10,791 nt of DNA. Source: a virus. Its lineage: Duplodnaviria > Heunggongvirae > Uroviricota > Caudoviricetes. Below are positions 1 through 5,932 of the stretch, one piece after another. Numbering within the stretch: the first letter of the stretch is position 1; each line of letters begins with the position of its first letter. The notes under the pieces are model-generated. The model had not been told where the DNA came from and ran no database searches. It saw only the letters and a program-made list of their open reading frames with translations. The DNA is taken from positions 1 to 10,791 of IMG/VR virus record IMGVR_UViG_2802429244_000006. One strand, given 5' to 3'. The position numbers were made by a program, and so were the translations under genes.

Positions 1-49
1 GATTTCCCACGCGAATTTTCATCGCTTTCACCATCAGCTCCATGCTCAT
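1..49 (-). CDS. Hypothetical protein, N-terminal 16 codons only (gene runs off the window start)
   Basis: ATG at 49-47 (minus) with GGAGG at 60-56, 6 nt upstream; ATG overlaps the TGA of the upstream gene (ATGA). Translation MSMELMVKAMKIRVGN... Confidence 0.4.
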   Translation of the reverse strand, partial: MSMELMVKAMKIRVGN

Positions 50-270
50 AACACACCTCCCAGGCGTTTAAACATTTTTCCGGACTGAAACACCGCCAGT
101 GGATAACTGATGGTGTAGTTACGCCCCAGTAATTCACACACAACTTTCTGGCTTTCGGTGCTGACCAGGCAAACCCGCAGAACGTGACCGTTGCTGGTGG
201 CGAACCACTGCCCCACACGGGGGCAACGGTTGTATCGGTGATACAGCGAATTCACAACGCGACGAATCAT
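46..270 (-). CDS. Hypothetical phage protein (74 aa)
   Basis: ORF-track ORF; ATG at 270-268 overlaps upstream TGA (ATGA); GGAGG 7 nt upstream (282-278). No recognisable domain. Confidence 0.5.
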   Translation of the reverse strand: MIRRVVNSLYHRYNRCPRVGQWFATSNGHVLRVCLVSTESQKVVCELLGRNYTISYPLAVFQSGKMFKRLGGVL

Positions 271-282
271 GGACGCACCTCC
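265..282. repeat. Copy 1 of an 18-nt gene-junction repeat (aatcatggacgcacctcc); 17/18 identical to 456..473
   Basis: Direct comparison of the two stretches; on the minus strand each copy carries GGAGG, the upstream stop and the downstream ATG. Confidence 0.8.
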
Positions 283-461
283 GCTGTTGTGATGTATTTA
301 ACCGGGCTGCCTTTCATTGCGATGGTTTCACACATCTCCGCGGCTTTACGTTCCGCTGTTTTCCTGGATTTATAGCGGCGGTGCCAGACAGATGTATCCG
401 TGCGAACTGATACATCGTTTCTGTATTCCGTTGTAGAAATAATAATTTCGTAACTAATCAT
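267..461 (-). CDS. Hypothetical phage protein (64 aa from the internal ATG; the ORF track extends to 476)
   Basis: ATG at 461-459 overlaps the TGA of the 493-aa ORF (ATGA) and has GGAGG 8 nt upstream (474-470). The upstream ATG at 476 has no SD. Translation MISYEIIISTTEYRNDV...AEVRP. Confidence 0.45.
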   Translation of the reverse strand: MISYEIIISTTEYRNDVSVRTDTSVWHRRYKSRKTAERKAAEMCETIAMKGSPVKYITTAEVRP

Positions 462-473
462 GGACGCGCCTCC
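456..473. repeat. Copy 2 of the 18-nt gene-junction repeat (aatcatggacgcgcctcc)
   Basis: 17/18 identity with 265..282; same relationship to stop/start codons on the minus strand. Confidence 0.8.
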
Positions 474-1939
474 CATTGATTACGGCGGAAAGCGGTGTGA
501 TTCAGGTGGGTTTCAGCTTCACGGAATGCTTCAATACAGCTCTCGTAGTACCGCATTGTGCGCAGACTTAACCCAAGCTGAAGCATCATCAGGCCATCAA
601 GGGTGATGTAATAACCACGCAGGGAGTCACCATAGATGTGATAAGTGCCCGGTATGAAATTGCGGGTAAAAAAATCGCGCGAGCAGTTCAGATACTCGAT
701 TTTGTCGACGATGTTCTGGTGCATGCGCTTGAAGTGGCAGGCAACATGCAGGGAGAAAATAACGGCCTTGCCGTTGACAACTTCAATTTTCAGGTATGGG
801 GAAGTTGGGACTGTAGCCATGATGGCAGCCTCCTTGAGCAGTGAAAAACTTCCACCACCGGAGCTGCGAAACTCATGGGTGGTGAACTGAACAGGGTTCG
901 CAGTACCGGCGCTCAAGGAAACCGGCGAGCCTTTCGGCTCCCCTGCCCAGCCCACCATAATTCTGGCATGCGCGAGCATGGACGATAAAAAAGACGCTGG
1001 CGCGTCGTATATCGCCTCGAGCAATTCCGGGCTGCGACCCCCGGCACCCGCTTTATAAGGTGCGGAGACAGTGTAACGTCCCGAAATTGCAGAATCAATA
1101 TTTAGGCTTGAAACATTCATATGCTTACTGGTATTTTTACTAACGCAAATGTTCTTGGATGTTACTGGCTTACTTCTCTGTGAAGTTGCCTTTACCAACG
1201 TTGAGCGAGCCGGGTCACTACCCGGCTTTTTTTCACCGCTGCCAACCAATAACCTGAAATAACCCCATTTTCGGGTGATACCAGCGAGTCCCTCGCGGTT
1301 CTGCTTCCTCCATAACCCGATAAAAGCAGCCATAAACGGTTCCACAGCAACAATTGCGCGACGTGACAACAATCCGTCCGGCGTCATGAACTCATGGGTG
1401 TCTGTAGGAATTTGATAGGCGTTCACCAGATTGCGGCATTTATCATCTGACAAACCGGTTTTTGCTTTCAGTTGGCGATATCCGGCATAGCCCTCACGAA
1501 TGGTACCCCTTTTGATTTGCTCAACTGTTTCGGCAACATGGCTGACTTTTTCTTCCACCTGAGTGATCCGTTTCTGCTGACGAACGGCTTCAAGAGCCAT
1601 CGCAGCAACCATTTCGATTTCGCTCATTGGCTTACGGATCTGTTCTTCCAGTTCGCGCCAGCGATCTACCAGGCGAGCAGTGAATTCAGGACAGAGCTGT
1701 GCGACGACAATGATGCTGTCGCGCTTACCTTGTTCTCCTTCAAACAGGTAATGCTCATATTGAACTTTAAAACCTAAGTTATTGATTTTCTCGGAAACAG
1801 CCATTGGCGGTTTCCGGATGATGTTTTTAGCAACCAGGCGTTCGATACTACGTTTAACATCTGAGTGCTGACTACCCACCAGCTCTGCGATCTCAACGCT
1901 GGTCATGGATGCTTTATCGTTAAAAATTGCGGTGTTCAC
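458..1939 (-). CDS. Rha-family phage regulatory protein (antirepressor-like), 493-aa composite ORF; possibly a fusion or read-through of two ancestral genes
   Basis: GTG start at 1939-1937 with AAGGAGG 5 nt upstream. N-terminus (MTSVEIAELVGSQHSDVKRSIERLV...) fits the Phage_pRha pattern. Residues about 230-370 are low-complexity (S/K/G/P-rich) and overlap an AT-rich stretch and a plus-strand terminator. A distinct C-terminal region starts near MATVPTSPYLKIEVVNGK. Confidence 0.65.
   Translation of the reverse strand: MNTAIFNDKASMTSVEIAELVGSQHSDVKRSIERLVAKNIIRKPPMAVSEKINNLGFKVQYEHYLFEGEQGKRDSIIVVAQLCPEFTARLVDRWRELEEQIRKPMSEIEMVAAMALEAVRQQKRITQVEEKVSHVAETVEQIKRGTIREGYAGYRQLKAKTGLSDDKCRNLVNAYQIPTDTHEFMTPDGLLSRRAIVAVEPFMAAFIGLWRKQNREGLAGITRKWGYFRLLVGSGEKKPGSDPARSTLVKATSQRSKPVTSKNICVSKNTSKHMNVSSLNIDSAISGRYTVSAPYKAGAGGRSPELLEAIYDAPASFLSSMLAHARIMVGWAGEPKGSPVSLSAGTANPVQFTTHEFRSSGGGSFSLLKEAAIMATVPTSPYLKIEVVNGKAVIFSLHVACHFKRMHQNIVDKIEYLNCSRDFFTRNFIPGTYHIYGDSLRGYYITLDGLMMLQLGLSLRTMRYYESCIEAFREAETHLNHTAFRRNQWEARP
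1208..1233 (+). terminator. Rho-independent terminator-like hairpin on the plus strand, inside the minus-strand Rha ORF
   Basis: Stem GCCGGGT (1209-1215), loop CACT, stem ACCCGGC (1220-1226), then TTTTTTT (1227-1233). Upstream flank is not A-rich, so it is directional for the plus strand. Confidence 0.5.
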
Positions 1940-1976
1940 TGATACCTCCTTACGGATAAATTATTGGGATCACGGT

Positions 1977-2723
1977 TCAGCACTTCTCAGTTACGCGCTT
2001 TTTCCAGAGCCATGCATCCCTATAAGCAGCCTCGATCCCATGGCATATCCGCATATCCTGAAACCAATGCTTCCGTTCCCATATCTGCCAAGATCGAGGT
2101 TTAATGCGATCGCTGATGCCTGTGATGGAGAACATAGCCAGTACGGGTACTTTCAGGCGTCTTCCTTTCTGGATATGCTTACGCCAGTCATTGCGAAGAT
2201 TTGCCCGCATGCTGAAATAAGCACCAACAGGAAATGCAACAAGAAATGCCGCTACCTGAACAAAAAGGAGTCGCCAGAAATTATGGGAATCATCTGGAGT
2301 GAGTTTGTTCTTCTGTTCAATACCAAACCGCGCCTTGTTACCTTCATCTGGACGGTTAGTGCTTTTGGACTTGGCGCCTGGCTCGGACACTGGCTTGCCA
2401 AAAATCGAGATAAGCGGAAAGAGTTCAATGCCGTCGCTGATGAATTGTTCCTGATCCTTGACGCCTTCCGCGAGGGTTGCCGAGACGGAAAACGGGATAT
2501 GCCACATATATCCAGAGACGATTTCAGAAGACTGCGCCCTCACCTGAGCAGCAGACAAGCACGAAGTTACCAACAAGCCGTAGATAACTTTTTTAACGCA
2601 CTGAAAGCTAGTGAGCTCTATGAAGACAGGCGGATTGTTCCGGTTATCAAAACTCCCGCAGAAATTCTTCCCAGCCTTAACACGCTGATTAAGTTTCTGA
2701 AGCATCGCTAAGCACTGTGACAT
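1977..2723 (-). CDS. Hypothetical protein (248 aa) with one predicted hydrophobic segment
   Basis: ATG at 2723-2721 with GGAGG 6 nt upstream (2734-2730), one nt after the stop of the upstream 75-aa ORF; 37 nt before the Rha gene RBS. A 268-aa ORF on the opposite strand (1905..2711) covers the same DNA, so the coding strand is not certain. Confidence 0.5.
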   Translation of the reverse strand: MSQCLAMLQKLNQRVKAGKNFCGSFDNRNNPPVFIELTSFQCVKKVIYGLLVTSCLSAAQVRAQSSEIVSGYMWHIPFSVSATLAEGVKDQEQFISDGIELFPLISIFGKPVSEPGAKSKSTNRPDEGNKARFGIEQKNKLTPDDSHNFWRLLFVQVAAFLVAFPVGAYFSMRANLRNDWRKHIQKGRRLKVPVLAMFSITGISDRIKPRSWQIWERKHWFQDMRICHGIEAAYRDAWLWKKRVTEKC

Positions 2724-2724
2724 A

Positions 2725-2952
2725 TCACACCTCCGATTGCTTACCTTGCCCCTCTTCTGTGTGCGCTAAATCAGGATGGATATACGGGATACTTGGATCC
2801 AGATGGCAGAGAATAGCTACGTCCTCTGGAACACCTCTCGTTTTCCACTTTCCAACACCTTGACTGCCACGAGGCTTTCCTTTCTTTGGGAATCTGCGGC
2901 CAATAGCGGCATTGGTTTTAAATTGAGTTTTTAATATTTCATAAAGGGTCAT
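2725..2952 (-). CDS. Hypothetical small basic protein (75 aa) in the cro-equivalent position
   Basis: First ORF leftward of the divergent region next to the CI-like gene. Weak SD. No obvious helix-turn-helix. Lys/Arg-rich centre (GRRFPKKGKPRGSQGVGKWKTRG). Confidence 0.3.
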   Translation of the reverse strand: MTLYEILKTQFKTNAAIGRRFPKKGKPRGSQGVGKWKTRGVPEDVAILCHLDPSIPYIHPDLAHTEEGQGKQSEV

Positions 2953-3063
2953 TCTTTAGTCTCACACCGGATACTCTGTTATCCAAGAATGTTAAACGCG
3001 AGAATCCAAAGTATCAAGAGATTCTGTTACTTTAGTATCAGCAGCCATGAAAGGAGAAGAAAA
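2953..3063. promoter_or_regulatory. Divergent operator/promoter region (OR-like) between the cro-position gene and the CI-like repressor
   Basis: 111-bp gap between divergent genes. Candidate leftward sigma-70 promoter on the minus strand: TTGATA (3017-3012), 17-nt spacer, TAACAT (2994-2989). GTATCA motifs at 3011-3016 and 3035-3040; the 10-mer aaagtatcaa (3008-3017) recurs at 3747-3756. Confidence 0.4.
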
Positions 3064-3720
3064 ATGAAATCTTTAGGTGAACGCCTCATCAACGCACGAC
3101 AAAAAGCTGGGTTAACGCAAGATGCGTTGGCTAAAAAAGCAGGGGTCACCAGAGTTGCAATCAGTAAAGCCGAGCAAGGCCTTACAAAAAGTTTCAACGG
3201 TGACACCCTTTTTAAAGTCGCAGCTGCACTGCAGTGTTCACCGCAGTGGCTTCAGAGCGGAGATGAAAAAGATAAGCATTGGGAAAATAATGTTAAGAGC
3301 TGCCCACAGAGAGACACAGCACACTCTTACCCTGTAATTAACTGGGTTCAGGCAGGATTATTCGCAACTGCTGGTGATGACTACAACATGTATGATCAGG
3401 ATAACTGGAGGCATTCTGTAAAATACGCTGGTGAGAGGGGGTTCTGGCTGGAAGTGCACGGAGACTCAATGACTTCGCCCGTAGGAATAACATTTCCTGA
3501 AGGAATGTCGATCCTTGTCAACCCAGATAAAGAAGTTTTTTCAGGGTGTTACGTCATCGCCAGAAAAAAATCCACCAATGAAGCAACATTCAAAAAATAT
3601 ATTTCTGAAATGGGAAAGGCGTTTCTAAAGCCCCTTAATCCACAATATCCAATCATAGAAATGGACAATGATTGCGAAATAGTAGGTGTTGTAGTTGATG
3701 CCAGGTGGGATATTTTCTGA
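3064..3720 (+). CDS. cI: Lambda-CI-like repressor (N-terminal XRE-type HTH, C-terminal LexA/S24-like autoproteolytic domain), 218 aa
   Basis: ATG 3064 with AGGAG 7 nt upstream. HTH: LINARQKAGLTQDALAKKAGVTRVAISKAEQG. C-terminal GDSM (catalytic Ser), FKK (Lys) and LNPQYP closely resemble the lambda CI C-terminal domain. Candidate Ala-Gly cleavage sites in VQAGLFATAGDD. The ORF-track start at 2989 lacks an RBS. Confidence 0.9.
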   Translation: MKSLGERLINARQKAGLTQDALAKKAGVTRVAISKAEQGLTKSFNGDTLFKVAAALQCSPQWLQSGDEKDKHWENNVKSCPQRDTAHSYPVINWVQAGLFATAGDDYNMYDQDNWRHSVKYAGERGFWLEVHGDSMTSPVGITFPEGMSILVNPDKEVFSGCYVIARKKSTNEATFKKYISEMGKAFLKPLNPQYPIIEMDNDCEIVGVVVDARWDIF

Positions 3721-3823
3721 CCAGACTCAAAACACAAAAAGAAACAAAAGTATCAAAAATCACTTGCCACACCTTGATACCTTAGTTACCATAAAACAAA
3801 GTTCGTAACTGAGGTATCATCTC
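3721..3823 (+). promoter_or_regulatory. OL/pL-like operator-promoter region with an inverted repeat GTATCAA-N17-TTGATAC (3750..3780)
   Basis: Inverted repeat arms at 3750-3756 and 3774-3780. Candidate promoter TTGCCA (3764-3769), 17-nt spacer, TACCAT (3787-3792). Shares the aaagtatcaa 10-mer with the OR-like region. Confidence 0.4.
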
Positions 3824-4240
3824 ATGATCAATAAAGCTACAACTCTTGACTGTCTTGAAGAACTGAAAAACCTCGGCAGTCTCATTACACTAATAGCCAA
3901 AGCAACGCCAGATGCTACGCTCTCTGGCGATATCGAGTCATGCGCAGGACTGGCATGGGATATGACAAATAGCATATCCAGAAAGCTATCGTCAGCAATG
4001 CTTTTACAGAACAAAAATTCTGCAATCAACAACCGTCTTCGCACCCAACGCGAAGCCTGCGGCTTAACAACCGCCGAACTCGCCAGGCTGCTCGATCTCG
4101 ATGAAGAAATTATCATCCAGTGGGAGAGCGGAGAGTGTGAACCAACCATCAGTATGCTTATCCCACTGGCAAATATTCTTGGCTGCGATCCGATGTGGCT
4201 GTTAACCGGTAAACCAACAGCAGGAGATACTTGCGCATGA
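3824..4240 (+). CDS. Helix-turn-helix (XRE-family) DNA-binding protein, 138 aa, HTH in the C-terminal half
   Basis: ATG 3824 with GAGG 9 nt upstream. HTH-like segment LRTQREACGLTTAELARLLDLDEEIIIQWESGECEPTISMLIPLANILG. First gene after the CI-like repressor on the same strand. Confidence 0.65.
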   Translation: MINKATTLDCLEELKNLGSLITLIAKATPDATLSGDIESCAGLAWDMTNSISRKLSSAMLLQNKNSAINNRLRTQREACGLTTAELARLLDLDEEIIIQWESGECEPTISMLIPLANILGCDPMWLLTGKPTAGDTCA

Positions 4241-4602
4241 AAAAGTTCAAAAACATAACCGTTCTCCATGTTGATTACTTTGATTATACAAACCCGGACC
4301 TTCTCCCGGAGGTTGTAAAAGCAATAGATGTTGCCGATATAGTGATTAGAGGAAAGAGAATTGTCAAAAACAGGCTCGCATGCACTTCAGGAGCAATGAC
4401 AGAAACAACCTCACAGCAAGATAATTACGAAGGCATTTGTCTGGAGCCTGATTCATTTGCGGTAAATGTTTATCATTTATTGCATGCAACACAGGTATTA
4501 CATATGTCCAGTAATCACGAAACGAAAATACTCGGCAGCGAAATTCTGAATTTTGCATGTGAGTATGCAAAAGCTGCTGCCGAAAAAGAATTAGCGCAAT
4601 AA
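4237..4602 (+). CDS. Hypothetical protein (121 aa), translationally coupled to the upstream HTH gene
   Basis: ATG 4237 overlaps the upstream TGA (ATGA); AGGAG 10 nt upstream. No recognisable domain. AT-rich codon usage. Confidence 0.55.
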   Translation: MKKFKNITVLHVDYFDYTNPDLLPEVVKAIDVADIVIRGKRIVKNRLACTSGAMTETTSQQDNYEGICLEPDSFAVNVYHLLHATQVLHMSSNHETKILGSEILNFACEYAKAAAEKELAQ

Positions 4603-4800
4603 CAACAAATATGCTCTGAACGTTTATTACGGTTTTATCGCCGGGGATTGTTACAACCTTTATTCACAGATGGAACTCAGTTATGACTTTCCTGAAAAAT
4701 AAGGCATCGTATAAAACTGCCTGCCTCATTGCACAACATGGAGATTCTTATCTTCATATAGCCAACCTGTATTTGCGCAAAGCATATGGGAGATAAATAA

Positions 4801-4989
4801 ATGAAAGAAAAACAACAGAACATAACACATAAAAAAGTAAGAGTGTTGCTAACCATTGAAAATGGTGAAGTAATTTACTCAAAACATCTGTTGGATAATG
4901 AATTCGTTGGCTGCATGGATACATTTCTGTGGATGGCAAAAAGAGCTGGCTACACGATTATTCCACCAGCAAAGGAGCAAACATTATGA
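4801..4989 (+). CDS. Hypothetical small protein (62 aa)
   Basis: ATG 4801 with GGGAG 8 nt upstream; follows a 198-bp AT-rich intergenic region; stop overlaps the next start (ATGA). Confidence 0.5.
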   Translation: MKEKQQNITHKKVRVLLTIENGEVIYSKHLLDNEFVGCMDTFLWMAKRAGYTIIPPAKEQTL

Positions 4990-5567
4990 ATAATTCAGAG
5001 TTCCGACCAGAAGTTACGCCACATGGCATAAAAATTGGCAATACAACCATTGATTATGTTGAGGCCGTACAGCGACTTAATAATGGTGAATACGATTATC
5101 CAAATTCACACGGTTTAAGAATCCTTCAGTGTCTTGCAGAAGCCGATGATGCCAGATTACTGGGAAGATTTTCAGTCGATATGAAAGTTACTCAATGGCG
5201 CTGGCTGTATGTGACAACGTTTATAAATGAAGAAGAAGGCAAGAACGGCACCATTGATATCCCTAACGATAACGGAACTACAGATCGCGCAGTTATTTAT
5301 AAGGGGAAGCATGGTTGCATGAGTATATACCCAGGACCACTTCGCATTGCCCTGCAGAACCATGTCGAATGGGGATTTATTGAAAAATATGGCGAAGCTG
5401 AAGGCATGGGGCGAGTTCTGTTTCTCTATCAAAAAATGCTCATCGCAGATCCTGATAATGGTTTCATTGTCTCTGCTATGGGGCGCGAAGGGCTTGAACT
5501 CCTTCTGGATGAAATGATTCATGATCTGAATACTCATGGTATGCCAGAAGCACCAGTGACACATTAA
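4986..5567 (+). CDS. Hypothetical protein (193 aa)
   Basis: ATG 4986 with AGGAG (4973-4977) 8 nt upstream; ATGA overlap with the preceding ORF. The ORF-track start at 4929 is an upstream extension without an RBS. No recognisable domain. Confidence 0.6.
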   Translation: MNNSEFRPEVTPHGIKIGNTTIDYVEAVQRLNNGEYDYPNSHGLRILQCLAEADDARLLGRFSVDMKVTQWRWLYVTTFINEEEGKNGTIDIPNDNGTTDRAVIYKGKHGCMSIYPGPLRIALQNHVEWGFIEKYGEAEGMGRVLFLYQKMLIADPDNGFIVSAMGREGLELLLDEMIHDLNTHGMPEAPVTH

Positions 5568-5612
5568 ATATTAAGAAGAATATAATTCTTTCGTTTTTTA
5601 CTAACCGTTTAT

Positions 5613-5720
5613 ATGAAAAGCAACCGTGAATTAAACAGAGTAAAACTAATTTTAATCCTTGCCACAGTGCTGATACTAACTGAAATCATTATTCTCTTTA
5701 TTGCGCTGTCAGTCGGTTAA
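5613..5720 (+). CDS. Putative small hydrophobic peptide (35 aa, one predicted transmembrane helix)
   Basis: Not in the ORF track (under 60 aa). ATG 5613 to TAA 5718-5720: MKSNRELNRVKLILILATVLILTEIIILFIALSVG. No SD, so low confidence. Confidence 0.25.
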   Translation: MKSNRELNRVKLILILATVLILTEIIILFIALSVG

Positions 5721-5743
5721 AAATATCGGGATACCACAGACCA

Positions 5744-5932
5744 ATGAGACTGTATTTCACAATAGTAATTTTACTGGCAATTATCGCATGTATTTACGGA
5801 TTACTTGTTCCGTTCCTTATATCCATGAAGGATACGATAGCAGTTATTTCTGGCTTTGCACTGGCGTTTCTGACCCCGCCCTGCATTTATGCCATTTACA
5901 AGGGGCTTTCTTTCACTAAGGATAAAAGATGA
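5744..5932 (+). CDS. Small membrane protein (62 aa, two predicted transmembrane helices)
   Basis: ORF-track ORF; hydrophobic stretches IVILLAIIACIYGLLVPFLI and AVISGFALAFLTPPCIYAIY; stop overlaps the ATG of the SPFH gene (ATGA). Weak or absent SD; alternative in-frame ATG at 5825. Confidence 0.45.
   Translation: MRLYFTIVILLAIIACIYGLLVPFLISMKDTIAVISGFALAFLTPPCIYAIYKGLSFTKDKR

Noticed and set aside
184-375. Plus-strand 63-aa ORF
   Set aside because: Lies antisense to two well-supported, translationally coupled minus-strand genes; no RBS. Likely a shadow ORF.
638-1098. Plus-strand ORFs 638..844 and 645..890 and minus-strand ORF 913..1098 (alternative frame)
   Set aside because: All lie within or antisense to the 493-aa Rha ORF, lack RBS, and have odd composition (the 913..1098 product is Arg-rich).
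1472-1777. Plus-strand 101-aa ORF
   Set aside because: Antisense to the Rha-domain-encoding part of 458..1939, which has clear family features.
1905-2711. Plus-strand 268-aa ORF as the real gene here
   Set aside because: Its start overlaps the Rha gene start region and has no SD, while the minus-strand ORF has a strong GGAGG RBS and fits the operon. Kept as a finding because the call is not certain.
2989-3063. Upstream extensions of several genes (CI-like from 2989; also 4231, 4929, 6725, 7065, 7726 and 9208)
   Set aside because: In each case an internal in-frame ATG has a much better Shine-Dalgarno, or the extension would overlap the upstream gene or regulatory region; the shorter start was chosen.
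3122-3337. Plus-strand 71-aa ORF in an alternative frame inside the repressor gene
   Set aside because: Embedded in the confidently assigned CI-like coding frame.
3549-5564. Minus-strand ORFs 3549..3737, 3817..4269, 4364..4570, 4754..4939 and 5172..5564
   Set aside because: Antisense to the plus-strand operon genes with supported RBS and coupling; the 150-aa one is low-complexity (Ser-rich) and mirrors the HTH gene.
5571-5599. Possible weak terminator after the 193-aa gene (AT-rich hairpin followed by six T)
   Set aside because: Stem is only about 6 bp with a single G-C pair; predicted stability too low to call.
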